NCBI RefSeq assembly: GCF_037042905.1
Contig: NC_087246.1
Location: 3,906,001-3,970,000, forward strand
Source of the DNA: Lytechinus pictus
Taxonomy: Eukaryota
DNA: 64,000 bases
Direction of reading: 5' to 3'
The translations under genes and the position numbers were made by a program. Of this stretch, positions 22,398-36,100 are shown piece by piece. Position 1 is the stretch's first letter. Each line of letters starts with the position of its first letter. The notes beneath the pieces were generated by a model that saw nothing but the letters and a program-made list of their open reading frames with translations, was not told where the DNA came from and did no database searches.

Positions 22398-25300
22398 AAT
22401 CAGAGGGAAATTGGTTAAAAAAAATCAGCTTTACTGGTCTTCGGTCTCGTTGACCTCTGGTCAATAGGTTAGACCACTGATGATCCATTGGTTAAATGCT
22501 AAAACATACATATATAAATGAACATAGGGTGCAGTGATGAAAAGCCTATCATCATAGCTGCTAGCAGCTGAACGAACAAGATGTGGAACTCGGGATAGGT
22601 ACAGCATTTCCAGTAATGATATAAAAATTGCATTAAAAATACTCGAAAGTAGCAACACAAACTATAACACCCGTACAAAACTCATTTGAGGACAATTAAC
22701 ATGGCACAATGTTGAAATAAATGGTTATCATTATTCCTTTTGAAGCTGTGCTCCAAGAATTTGAAATCATTCTACAGATCACCTCTGTCTTCAGCATTTT
22801 GCATACATGAAAAAGGTGAGCCATAAACTACGCTTACACATAACATTAATAATCACAAAATAAATGTTATGTCATATCGTAAAATGTGCCATCCACATAA
22901 CTATGGATAAAATTACCCTGGTTTAAGCACTAGTGTCCTTATATAGTGATACAAATTTTTATCAATATTCTGAAACATATCCAGAATAATTTGTTATAAT
23001 AAAGATAACAATGCTAATAGCTATATTTATCAGGAAATATGCAAAGGTCAGCAGCTTGCAATGGTCTACTAGTACTATAAGGGTAGAATTGAATATCAGG
23101 AAGTGAGATGAAATGTATGTGTTGCTACTAGACCTGGTTCAGAACCAATTTTCAAACTGATTCAGCTAGTTCAGGATTTTAATAGAGCAAATATGAGCTC
23201 TCAAAGCGATCCAGAACATGAACATTTACCCAGAGATCATACACAAGAAATGCTTTTATATTGAAGGGGGAGATTAACATGTACAGTTCTGAATTACAAG
23301 AGTACCTAAGCAATGTGTTTCCATAGCAACATAGCTAAAGGTGTACCTCGTAAGGGTTCCATCTGGTCACTCTAGGAAAGTGACTAAACAAAGTATGTAT
23401 TAAGTATGCCTTACAAGAGGTAATTAAAGCATTGACATAGCAACACATTTGATTCATGGCATAATCCATAAAATACATTATAGACCTATTTACTAATATT
23501 CTATTACACTAAGGTTTTCATTGTCAACTCTGAAGATTGCCCATCATAGCAACAAGTAATGTTTGCACACTGGATTCCTAGTATTCTGTTTTTCTGAAGG
23601 AAACACTTTAATATCAAGAAATGTTTTGAACCGAAAGTTTTGAGAGATGACTCATTTGTTGTGAGGTAAAATGATTTGGAACTGCATATATTCTGTTTTC
23701 ATTGAAAGGACAAGTCAACTTATTTCAGGAATAGTGTATTGTACCCGAGAGGGTAGGAAATAGATCTTATTTTCAGGGGCCATTTTTTTCCACATTGGGG
23801 GCAATTTGCAGAATTTTGGGGGCTATTTCTTTCATTTGAATGGCTTTTTTAAGGGTAAAAAGTAATTGTGCAGTAAAAGCAAATGATTATTCTTCTGCCA
23901 TTTAGAATAATGATTTTTCAAATAGTCTTAAATATTGTTTGGAACAGATATTGAGGCGACTCTAGAAAGAATAGTCGCCCCAAAGCATGCATTTGATTTG
24001 GGCTGTCATGAGGGCGAAAACCCCCTCGCCCTCATATTTCCTATGCTAAAATTTGTACCCCTTTATATTATGGTGTAAAGGGTAGACAAAGAAAAATCAT
24101 TTGTAGCTGCTGTGTATTTATAATAATATTTTTCCTGGTACAGGTATTGTCTAAACTTCCTACCTATCAGTTTCCACATGTTTATGATTTGCTTGTTATG
24201 TTTCTGATTCTTGCCCAACCTCTTTGGTTTTGATTTCCTGTTGTGCATTGCAGCAGTAGCAATGTGTAGATATGGTATCTTTTGTGTTGATTGAATAGAA
24301 AAATCACGAACAAAGAAAAATGACTTAAACTTTATCCAAAACTAGGTATATTCAGAAGATCTGAATGCAATACTAGTATGACTTCAGCTCATCCAATGCA
24401 GTAGAATTTAAATGAAAGCGTTTTTGTTATCCTTTCATATTCTCTGATGACAGATTTACAAGCGCAAAATCAAATATTAATTATGAGTGGATACTTTCCT
24501 TTAGTAGTAAGAAATAAATATTCTAATTAATTGAGACAAATATTCTTATTTCAAATACATTCTATTATCCAATCATTTTTTTTCCATTTACATTACCACT
24601 AAATGAACTTCTATCTTCTTTTAACCATTAATCATAAATCTTATAATCTGTTTTAATTAAAAAGGATAATGCCAGAAAACTACTGTAGGCTTCTACATGT
24701 ACATTTTGGCACTGTCATATTACAAGATATATCATGAGTAAAGGATATTGACCACATTCACAAGTCAACCAAACCTTCAACCACAAATGAAAAACACACA
24801 ATTAAAAAAAAAAGCAAGTGACAGACAAACAACAAGATTTAGTACATTTTCTCACACATAACCCTTCTGGTGAACAATCAAACTATGATTGTATTACAAG
24901 TAATCTTCTCAACTTTATATCAAGAGAGTACAGTCAACTCTACTCTAGCCAAACTTGCACAAGATGAAATATTGCCTTGGTTGATACTATATTTGATTTC
25001 TTGTTCTTATATTATACTGTCTTCAACCAAAATTTCTCCCCCCCCCCCAAAAAAAAAAGAGGCAAAGCTACTTCTGAGTCCATATGGATTCAACTTCAGC
25101 AGAGATGATTTTACATAAAGAGAAGACCAATGATATCAAAGATACATACCTTCACCATATTCATTTCCACTTTATCTTTTCTTAAACTACAAAATAGAAA
25201 TGGACCAACACTATCTGATCAGTAGTAATCTGAACTAGATAAAATTTTTTCTTTCACAAATCAATTTACTCATATATGCATTTAAATAAAGGTTTAAAGC

Positions 25301-25480
25301 AGTACTTTCAAGACTTTCCAATAGTGTTTGAAATCACAATTTCACAGACATCAGCCAATCACCAATCCGCACAGATATTTTTGAATAGGAATAGCCATCA
25401 AACCCCATCAACCACATTTTCAAAGCTACTTGTAGTGCTGGTTCCTAGAATAAAATACTGAGAATTCTAACAGCTATGCA

Positions 25481-28400
25481 TTATAATCTACACAGGCAAA
25501 ATAGAGTAGGGATGAATATTGCTATTGCTATAAGTACTGGGAATAAAAAGCTAGTTTCGTCAGCTGCGTATGGGTCCACAGCTTTAGGACCAGATTTATA
25601 TTTGGCCTTTGAGATCACCTTAGGTGCATCTTCCTCGTCCTTCTCTTCATCTTCGTCACCCTCATCCTCAGGATCCTCCAAACCAGGAAATGGAGGTAAT
25701 TTGGGAACATCTGTATTCAAAAGGAAGAAAACTTTGAAAGATCAATGGAATCATGACTATTTAAAAATTGTGAATTATAGAGCAGAAAATAATAAAATTT
25801 AATGAGAAAGAAAAATCAGACAAACAAAACCCTGAAAATTTCATCAAAATCAGACAAGGAAGATCAAAGAACTTTTTAACATAAAGATTTGCATTATTTG
25901 GAGAAATAGTTCTATCCATGTCGTTCAATAAACAAACTGATGATATCATATCCCCACTTGTTCTTTTGTATTTCATTACATGAAATTATGTTTATTCGAC
26001 TTTTGTCCTCCAAGAACTAAACAAATTGGATTGACAACTGATTTGGTGCATTATGATTAGATATTCATTGCTGCAACTACTTTAATTGTAATTGCATATA
26101 GCCGACCATTTTCACAAAATATTACTGAACTTTGAATTTCAATTACTTTGTTATTTGTTATCTGATATTGATGAAACTTGCGGCATTTTGCTAAGTGAAT
26201 TTAACTCGTTTATTCAGATATAATTATTTTCAGCAGGGATTAGCCTACCCATTTAAAGGTTATTAATTTGCACAATAGAGGACTCTTTTAAAGTGCCTGT
26301 GAACCAAAGAGTTTACATGTACTGCATAATGCACCTAAGAACTGGTATTTGCTAAAAAGCAAAGGAATTGCCTACGAGTTTACTCATTTCTTCCAAAGGT
26401 CACAACACACAACTAAGCATGTATGGGACTACCCCAAAATTAAGATGCACATAATCTAGTGACAATGACTTATAACTTGGTCACATTTGTTCTACGGCGG
26501 CCGTACGGCGAGTCGAAAACAGCCGTTTTAACATTTTTTGTCCAACTACATATAGGTGGTTTGAATCAAAATTAATAAAACGGCTGTTTTCGAACCGCCG
26601 TACGGCCGCCGTAGAGCAAATGTGACCAAGGTATAACTATCATTGCATCAAGGGAAGGTTTGCGTTAATAAGTCCATGGTTTAATTAACCCATTTTCCAT
26701 TTCCAATTAAATGTACATCGTCTGTATGCTAACCTCAGTAGCAGAAACAGTGGACACCGATGGTAAAGAATATTGAGTCATTACTCAAGAAGGACCAGAT
26801 GTTGATATTTCAGCTGATGATAATCATAATATGGAATTTATATATAATATATATTATTAAATCAAGAATAAAATTGATTGCAAACTACACATTTCAAGGA
26901 TGAATCTAAAGGCCTCTGTCACTATCCTCTGTACACCTTACAACAGGTTCCAAGATCTGGTTTTGGAACAAATCACATTTTGCTTATTTTTGAAAATGTG
27001 AAAGAAAAGCATCTTTCTGTTTCAGGATCAAATTAGCTGTCAGAATACTAACATAACAATTTGGGATGATTGTAGGCCTTTATTTTGGAGTAAAGGCAAA
27101 ATTGGTTCCAAATCGCAGCCCATTATACGATTGCTATGATGTCACTACAACTAGATTCAATTCGCTTTTATTCTAATAAAGATTGCAACATGGTCACAGA
27201 TTTGAACATTAATATTCTTACAATGGATTAGAACTTTGCAAAGTAACATAACCATGTCTCAACTATGCTTTATTCCAACATCAGGTCACAGACAAATCAT
27301 AAGGTGTGGGTGGCCTTTTAATAGCAAAATTCATGTGGCTTGCATTACAAAGAGAGAGAGAGAGAGACTTTGGGAGTCATGCAAACATTTATAATTTAGC
27401 ATCCAGCATCACAGGACCTCATTCCAATCGTAACATACTTAAAACTTAGAAATACTCAATAGGCCTACATAATTCAAAACAAAGCTGAACCTTATAACCT
27501 TATTTATTTCTTTGTGAATTTTGTGAAAAGATAAAAATTACTCACCATCCAATGTACCCTTATAAACAACAAGTGCATTGATTTTAGGATTGTCTAGATC
27601 ACCCTGGAATGAAAGAAGGAAGAACAATAATTTAAAATAAGATTTAATATGTCTGTGAAAAATTGCTCTTGGCCAATGTCATTATTCCAATACCTTACAT
27701 ATCTGATTGCACATTAAGTAATTCTTAACTTGTCACTGATTATAAAGAGCAGAGCACAGACTTTATTTGGAATTTAGAGTCAAATAATCTATAAACATCA
27801 AAGTTGGAAAGGTACTCTAGGCTGAAAATGTGATTTGAACAGAGTAAAATTAAATAATCAAAAAAAAAAAAAAAAAATCATCAAAATTGGACAATAACAG
27901 AGTTGAACATATTTTTGCACCATTTCAGTGAAACATTTTTTGCACCTCTTCATGAATTTTCAATGAGTGAGAAGATCTTTTATATTATAGTGTAGGAAAT
28001 TATATTCAAATCAAACTTCTAAGAATTCAAAACAAAACAAACAAACAAACAAAGCAGGATTAACTTCTGATCTGATGTGCTGGATCATCATTGCTGGAAT
28101 TCATTTTGTTACACAGGAAACATGTTTTACACACCTATTATTATTTCATCATACAATAAAATAAGAAAAGGGAAAGTGGGGACCTGGCACCGTCAGCCCA
28201 CCTATTACATATTCATTATAGTATGCATTTAATTTGTTACAAAATATCGCTAAAACATAGAGTTCAATAACTTCAACAGATTTTGATTGAATTTTATTTC
28301 ATTTGAACTGTTTTACTTGAAACTTTATCAACTTAAAGATGTATTATTATTTTAGACAAGTCACTGGAGTACCCCTTAATGAATGGTATTGCACGATGCT

Positions 28401-31400
28401 TATCATATTTGCCCACTAATGTTAAAGTTGTAGCCTATATACACTGTACATGTAGATACTAACGACAACAACAAATACCTCAAACACTTAAAGGTATACA
28501 TGTAGTTGCAGCAAACAATTATAATTTCTTATTAAGATAGTCTTTAAAATCAAGGTTGATAGAAATCTGTGTTTATTTTACTTATTTCTCAGGAATTACA
28601 AATTTTCTTCCAGAGCCATTTGTCACATGTATTTTTTATTTACATGCAGTACAAACACTTGAGTGGTCATTTTATTGGTTTCTGTTCGAACTCATTTTGA
28701 GATCGTTACCACCAACTGGTATCTCTTGTTAACTGCATTTAGCTTGGCTAGAATTGCATCTTTTGAAAATTTGTGCAATTGATAGAATTTCAAGTATATC
28801 TAAATCAAACAACTACATACATGTAAAAATACAATGAAAACTCAGAAGATTGATTATACTCTTACATGTACTTTGTAAACAATATAAAAAAGGGTGATAC
28901 ATAAAACTTTATTCAGGTGGAAAACATGACCTAAATAATCTTTTCTGCATTGTGCATCAAATTGAAGTACGGAATATTATTTGAGGTAACCAGTACAAGT
29001 ACAACCATATTCTTGCTTTGTTTTCCTTTGTAGTTTTTCATGGGGGGGGGGGGATATCATATTAAGACACTGAAGAAAAAATATGGACTCTTTCCCTAAA
29101 TGAGGAACACGTATTGTGATAACATGACTTTACCTTTTGAAATTCCACTCTAAGATATCCACTGATGGTTGAGACCTCTCCTAGTACCTTGAGTTTACTC
29201 TTACTGACTGTGAAAGGGACATACTCATCATGGGCCGTCCCACGCCCAACCTTGTGGTAAATATCCAGATCAGGAACAACTGTGTGCTGCTCATTCAAGA
29301 CTACATCAAAGACCTATTACCAACACAGAAAGGAAAAAAAATATTGTTCTTACACCTACCATATCATCTAAATTCACAGACTACACATACATTCGGGTAA
29401 TGAGTGTTCTTCCAAGGGTAACAGAGCATCTGTTGCAATTGCTATGCATCCACAATGCAGGCATCAGTGCAGAAAGCTATCAGTGAAAATCCTTAATATT
29501 GTTCGAAAATGCAGGTTCCTTCATGGAGATTTTGGACACCATACTTTTTTTCTTGAAATGATTCAGAATTTATTTGTCACTGTGTACTCAACTATTGGTG
29601 TCGCACTGTCAGAGTGCAATGAGTAGAGTTTTGGAATCTGTTTGTGTTAGTTCTGCTATACAAATAATGTGTAGTTCTTCTTTTACTAGTTCTTGCCTCA
29701 TCTTTTCAACCCCAAAACTTAATATGATTACCCGACATTTGCTTCAACATAAAATCACAGGGGGGGGGGGTAGGAGGGGTGCTCCAAGAGTTAAGATACA
29801 TGAACTACCAAGTAATACCTTCAAATTTGATTGATAAATGAATCTAGATGTTTTTTCCCACACTGCACTGACTTAGTGTAAGCCTTTGCTTTGATTTTTT
29901 TTCTGGGACACTGTTCGCTCATCCTATGAAACATGCAATAAAAATCACATGAGGTATGCACACCATATAAAATGCAATCTACCAATGTGATCCCAAGGAG
30001 CTTGCAGTAGACCTTCAGATAAAGTCACACTATTGTCCCAGCCTTGTATTGGTTCGTTCACATACAACAACAAAATCTGTACAGACAATCACGTCAGGAC
30101 AAACATATCTGCAGAGTGTAACAGCTGGGTTTTTTTTGCCAATCATTTTGTAAAGAAAAAATAAGTACATCAGTTTGTGAGTTATATGAGTTATGACGAA
30201 TGGAATGTATACCTCCAATTACATGTAAAAACTCAAATTTAAAGGAGTAGATCTACATGTAATGTGGATGCATACCAGTGCATGGAATCCATGGATCATT
30301 GTTACATTCGATCAGAAGTGCATACATGTATAATTGCCTCATATGGAGTTTTAAAATTTGGAGGTACAACATGGCAAAAAGCATGAAATGGAAAATCCTA
30401 TTTAAAAAACTACATCTAAAATGATTGACAATCCATCACTGAAACTATATAATCATAGAAAGCGACCTCTCCACGAGACTCCACACTACATCTATGTCCG
30501 TCAATGTGGTATAGTCTACTATTATAGTCTTAGACTTATTTTTAGTAAAAGCCCTGGGGCGGTATTCTGAAAGCTCAATTAGCGGTCAATTAGCGCTCAA
30601 TTAGCATTTTGGTATTCTGAAAAGTCACTTAAGTGCCCCTTTCCTTATTTGGCAGGGTTGCGTTGCGCGCACTTGCAACAGTACGCGTTATGACCGCGCG
30701 AAGACTTAATTGAGTAGTTACGAGACTTTTGGTATTCTGAAAAGTCTCTTAGCGCTCAATTAGCGGACTTTCCAGTGGGGAAAGATAATGGTGATAAGAG
30801 GTCCATTAAGTCTCATTTTCTCTTGCTAAATGTGGCTTTCATTTCGTATAAATATCATCAAATCGGTTTAATACTGCGACCAAATTTAGGAGGAAGCAAG
30901 AGAATAAAGGAGAAAGGTATACAAAGGGAATAAAGGGAAAGAAGGTGGTATGGGTGTCCAAACTTGGCGGACTTTTAAACAATATGTTTCAGGCTTAAAT
31001 TTGTTCAAAAAATATTCACAATTTATACAAGTAAAATAAGGAATGGGGGCTATATTTGGTAATAAAGAAATTAGAAAAGAAGGAAAAAGAAAACAGAAAT
31101 TGTGTACTTATAGGGGAAATATGACTATTATTTTTCTATATTTTCTTTTATTACAAGCATCATAAAGTATTTTTGCACATTATTTTGACAATAATGAGAT
31201 TGCCAAGTAACAATATAGATGCAGCAATGTTCAGGGGGGAATCAAACCTTGTTTCCGACAATGAAAAAATAAGCATTGACCCCTTTGGTACAAAAGAAAA
31301 AAAATAGTGAGGGATGCCATCGTTTTCCCCACCTATAAAATCTTAAATATCATAACATTTGTACATCCAATTTCAATAAAATTTCGGCTTTTTTAACGAT

Positions 31401-32569
31401 TATGCTAGTTTGATTGTTAAAATCATTTTATTCAAATCAGCATTTTGTTGAAGAAGATTTCTCATAAAAATGAAAAGTATGTTATTTTTAAAATAAGTAG
31501 GAATTAAGTTAAAGAAGAACCCCCCCCCCCATCATGACCCCGAGACAGAGGCAAATAAAATATTGTAAAAAAAAAAAAAACAAAGAAAGCTACAATAGGT
31601 GGATGTGAAATCAGAACGCGTTCGAAAAAAAAGAGAAAATCACAAAGGTACAATAAATGAGAGAAAGGGAAAAGACAACAATTAGCTTCAACAACATAAT
31701 GACCCTCCTGTTAATCTCCGATGCAAATGCTTTTAGCATTATTTTTCAGCAAAAATTCTTTGTATCAATATCGTGGTGCAGTGCACCTGCAGCAGCCGGG
31801 CGCTGCGCTGCAAGCCAGCAAAGTGAAGAGACACTACGCGCTGGGAGAAAATTTTACGTTGTAAGAGCGCATTTGATTGGCTAATTCGGCTCAGTAGGGG
31901 CGTGGCCTAAAGGGAGTTAATTGAGCGCTAATAGAGTTTTCAGAATACGAATTTGGAGGTACATTAGCGCTCCATTAAATGGGTAACTTATGAGGAAACT
32001 TAAGTGGAAACTTACGAGACTTTTCAGAATACCCCCCCTGGATTATCAAGGCATACCTCCTTGACTATAAATCAAAGTGGTACCGGGTAATTAAAAAATG
32101 GGGAAAAAACACCTTGGCTTAGGCTTTGGATTATTAAAAGCAAACAAAAAATAAATAATTAAATGAACATTTATTCATGATGGTGATCATCATGATCATT
32201 GACATTGATAGACACCTTCATTCTTGAAGATGTGAACCAAACTTCACAAAACTTGAGAACTAGGACATAGTCGCCATCTTCCTTGATTGGAACATCATAA
32301 CCAAATGTTGATAAATGGTAGCGCTCCGTCTGATACAGGATGGCATCACTTGGAGGAACCCTAGCTATCAGCATACTCTTCCCGTAGTCCGATGGGATGC
32401 CGATGGTCAACGGGTCTTCCTGATAATGAGTTCCGTACATGTCTGTGTGTGCAGGTCCGCCGCTATTCACTGCATAGATAACCTCACCGATCCCTGCACA
32501 TTTTGACACCTCATGCATGAGGAAAAAGATAATTGAAATCATATGAGCTCCATAGATAATCAACTTCAT
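25481..32569 (-). CDS. MLEC: Malectin (ER membrane lectin for Glc2-N-glycans), 4 coding exons, 273 aa
   Basis: Exons (minus): 32569-32216, 29313-29134, 27603-27546, 25710-25481; phases 0,0,1; 822 nt. Signal peptide, then VIYAVNSGG...SDYG...LYQTERY...GDYVLVLKFCEVWF...VFDVVLN...DLDIYHKVG...DNPKINAL, an acidic stalk, SGPKAVDPY and a C-terminal TM helix ending IPTLFCLCRL. Confidence 0.96.
26473..26633. mobile_element. Small MITE with ~60-bp TIRs and TA flanks
   Basis: TAACTTGGTCACATTTGTTCTACGGCGGCCGTACGGCG... / ...CGCCGTACGGCCGCCGTAGAGCAAATGTGACCAAGGTA, with TA on both sides. Confidence 0.8.
30557..32037. mobile_element. Non-autonomous PIF/Harbinger-like transposon in malectin intron 1
   Basis: TIR GGGCGGTATTCTGAAA / TTTTCAGAATACCCCCC; 3-bp TSD CTG (30554-30556, 32038-32040); subterminal repeats GGTATTCTGAAAAG and GCTCAATTAGC. 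Confidence 0.78.
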
Positions 32570-33166
32570 TTTGATGAAAAGGTAAAGTGCGCCTAACGTT
32601 TAAAGAAGAAATTCCAGGGTTAAAATTTCGTGCCCAAACTACTGACGTTGAAATCCACCAATCCTCTTCACTGCACTGCCGCGCCAGAATACGGGATCAG
32701 ATCGTCGGAGCGGAGCGCTAGCTTGCTTAGCTAGGCTAGGCGCAGGCCGTACTCCTTGCGCATCGCTCCGAAACTCCGAGATCTTTTGTACGGCTGGAGA
32801 CGGCCAAAGTTTAGCAGTCGAGCCGCTCATTGACATCACATTAACCCTGACCCTGATTTTACACGTGGGACCCGTTTAGCCAATACAAAGTGCACGCGTA
32901 CCGGTACCGATACATTGCCAAGCAGAGTAAGGTGAAATAACCGGTGAAATAATCACAAATTACAATGATATGATATAAAAAGAAATATGTTTTGTAATAT
33001 TTTGAATAAATGAAATTAACGAAATGCCAAATTAATTTAAGATGTTAATTGAATAAATTACACTTATGGATCTATTTATATATTTTTTAATTATAAATGA
33101 TGAGGATGTCAGACTCAGAGTCAGACGTAAATCATGAACTGAGTTACGGTACGGTACCAAACTAAA
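32570..33166. promoter_or_regulatory. Probable bidirectional promoter between malectin and TYW1
   Basis: 597 bp between the divergent ATGs; CpG-rich patch ~32640-32910; CCAAT at 32881; E-box CACGTG at 32862. Confidence 0.6.
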
Positions 33167-36100
33167 ATGTTGAATAAATGGATATGGATCGGGCTTACTT
33201 ATGCCTTCCTTTCAGTTGGTAATAGCAATGCAAGTAAGTTTCTGCTGGGTGGGTTTTATTTAGTGGTATTATAAAACTATTAAGTTTTGAGGACGTACTC
33301 AGCTCAGATTCAGATCATATCGTTTAATCGCAAGTTGATATCCGCGATGTTCAGTCCCACGCGTTAAAAAAATTTGTTGGGCCTAGTCCCTAGATCTGCT
33401 GCTCAATGAATGCTTTGCCTTTGCTTTGGCTTTGTTTTAAAATTTAGGTAATAAGCCCGAGTCATATCGATTATTTTGTAAACAGGTGTTTGACAGCTTT
33501 AATTCTATCAAACATCGCATGCATCGAATTTTGAAATTTTCCACAAATTTTACAAAATCTTCACTGCCTGTCTACCTCAGCATGCTGAGAGTAGACAGGA
33601 ATAACCGTCGTTTCTGGGGATTTATTCAACAATTTCTGACATTTTACTGTAATCCCCATTTACCGACGGTAGGGTGTACGTGTTGGCTCGCATGTGTTCT
33701 CATTCCCTCCCTTTTGTCAATTCACAGTCCAAAGTTTGATGTAATTTTACACATCGAATTTACAATCTAAGGATGTATACAACAAACTTTTAAAGCTTGA
33801 TATTTTAACATTTGAATACTTTAAACGATATAGATGGAAAAGGCATGAAAAATATACTTTACCGATGTTTAATTGGGTTGAACACGATAAAAATGGTCAA
33901 AATGGCAGCCAAACTATAAAATATTTACAAACGAACGTCAACAATCACGAATGTGATATCGATATTGCTTTCGATATTATACGATCTGCTCCATATGCGA
34001 ACGAAACCGAAGATAAACGATACTAGTTATACTAGTACTAGTACTAGTTATAATCGCGATATATCGATTCGAGACATTAAGTTAATACGATAATGACGTC
34101 ATTCAAGATGGCAACTTGCAAGAAAAACCGTCAGGTCAGGTGAAAATGTCTTAGATGACAGATTTCTCAATCATCCAGAGGATTTTTTTCAATAACTCCG
34201 GCCCAAGGTATGCAATTACTTAAGTTATGTATATTTCCCTGATAATGGAAACCATGAAACTTTCAATTTTGCTTAAAAAACAGTTTTAAATCGCGATCTA
34301 TAAAACGCTAGTTCACTATACGTTGACTGTAGGTACGGGGCCCCATCCCCTTCAGTCTATGTATGGTGAGTGGAGCCAACGTAGTTCAGCGGAACAACCA
34401 AAATACAGAGACTGAAGCTTTTGGTCTAGCTGAGAGTGAGAATGCTCGGGCGATGTTCGTGCAGGCTCCACTCCACTTCACTACCGCTACACTACGCTCC
34501 ACCTACCCGAACATCGGGACAGTGAACTAGATCGGATATTCTGAGTCATAAAAGGTGGGATGGCAATCATGGTTATCGTAAAAATTAAAGAAAAAAAATA
34601 TAAAGAGGGATATGAATGACTTAATATCTTACTTTACACCCGTATTTCACTCCGTGTCCATCCTCCGGTTATCCTCAAAATTGGTGATTTTGGGCCAGTA
34701 TCTTTTTCCTCACACGTATTATTCATGGCCGATTTCAAAACATCGCATGCGATCGCGATCGATTCGACTCAGGCTTATTAGGTATAATCAAAGATACTAC
34801 AAGGGAAGATTGGACAGTACATAGACCGCGTAATGAAACGCTCGGGAAGAGCGCCCTACAGCGTTGAGTAAATAACGGCCAACCTCTTTTTACCTTCGCG
34901 TATCGCGAGATGGTTGTGTACACTCACATATTATGAGAGAAATGGTGAAGGAGTGAAGGAATAGACGATTTTTACCTTTTAATTTTTTTTCATTCAATTT
35001 TTTCCCCTTAAATTTGAGATGAATATATTTCAGAGGTTTCTTGGTAATAAAACGTGGAATCATTCCCATGTACCACCCTTGTTGAGCCCTCTCCAAACTC
35101 CCCTCTCATTTTACCCAAGGCCAGGGTTCATTACATGCTGCCGCGCACAGAAAATTCAAGCCATAGAAGTCGTGTGTTGTGGACCCAAGAAGTAAGATCC
35201 CAGCACGCGCGACCCACTAGTTAGAAATCCACTGCCAAACGCGGTTCGTGGTGCGAGGTTAGTATACTAACCTCGCAATACGTGTGAGTGCTCTCATTTT
35301 CCCCATATGTTTTATACACAGTCGCGTGCCGATATGCGAAGGTTTTCTTACTCAACGCTGTTGGGCGCCCTTCCCCATTAGCATTTATCGAGCGTTTCAA
35401 AAAATCATCGAAGTGTCCGATCTTCCCCTTGTTGTAGTATCTTTGGTATAATTTAGACCCTACTAGTACTGTTTACGAACAAAGCATGTGGTACTGCTGG
35501 TTGTCGTTGGCATTTAATGATTTAGGTTTTTTTGAAAAGTTCCATATGTACCTCCCCCCCCCACCAAAATCAACAAGATTGTTGAGACTTCCGGTTCATT
35601 CACCTTAGCCTGGGGAGTAAAAGTCTTTCTACTCAACGTAGGCTTACTCGATCCCATGAAGCCTGGGTCGCGATGCCATAGGCTCACACGCACCGACGAA
35701 TTGGGCAACAATAATAATGCGCCAAACTGCTAGTTATGTTTAGAATGTGATGTTAACACTTACGTCAATGGGCGATAATGTTGGTTGGCAACGTTTGGCA
35801 AAAAATTGTTTTGTTTTTTTAGAATGACGCTAAAATGAAATTATTAAAAGTAGAAGAGCGTTTTACTTACATGTTATTGACGCCATCTTGTCTCCTTTAT
35901 GATTGCATCCTAGCGACGCGACGCGTCTATAGAGGGTGGCAAAATCATGAGCAGTGCCAACCTAGATTTAAAAAATTACTTGCATCGGCCGGTAAATATA
36001 ATATACAGTTCGTGATATTTACCGACCGATGCAAGTATTTTACCATTCATGAAATTTATTTTTAAAAATAGCATTTTTTTTGCCAAACGTTGCCAACCAA

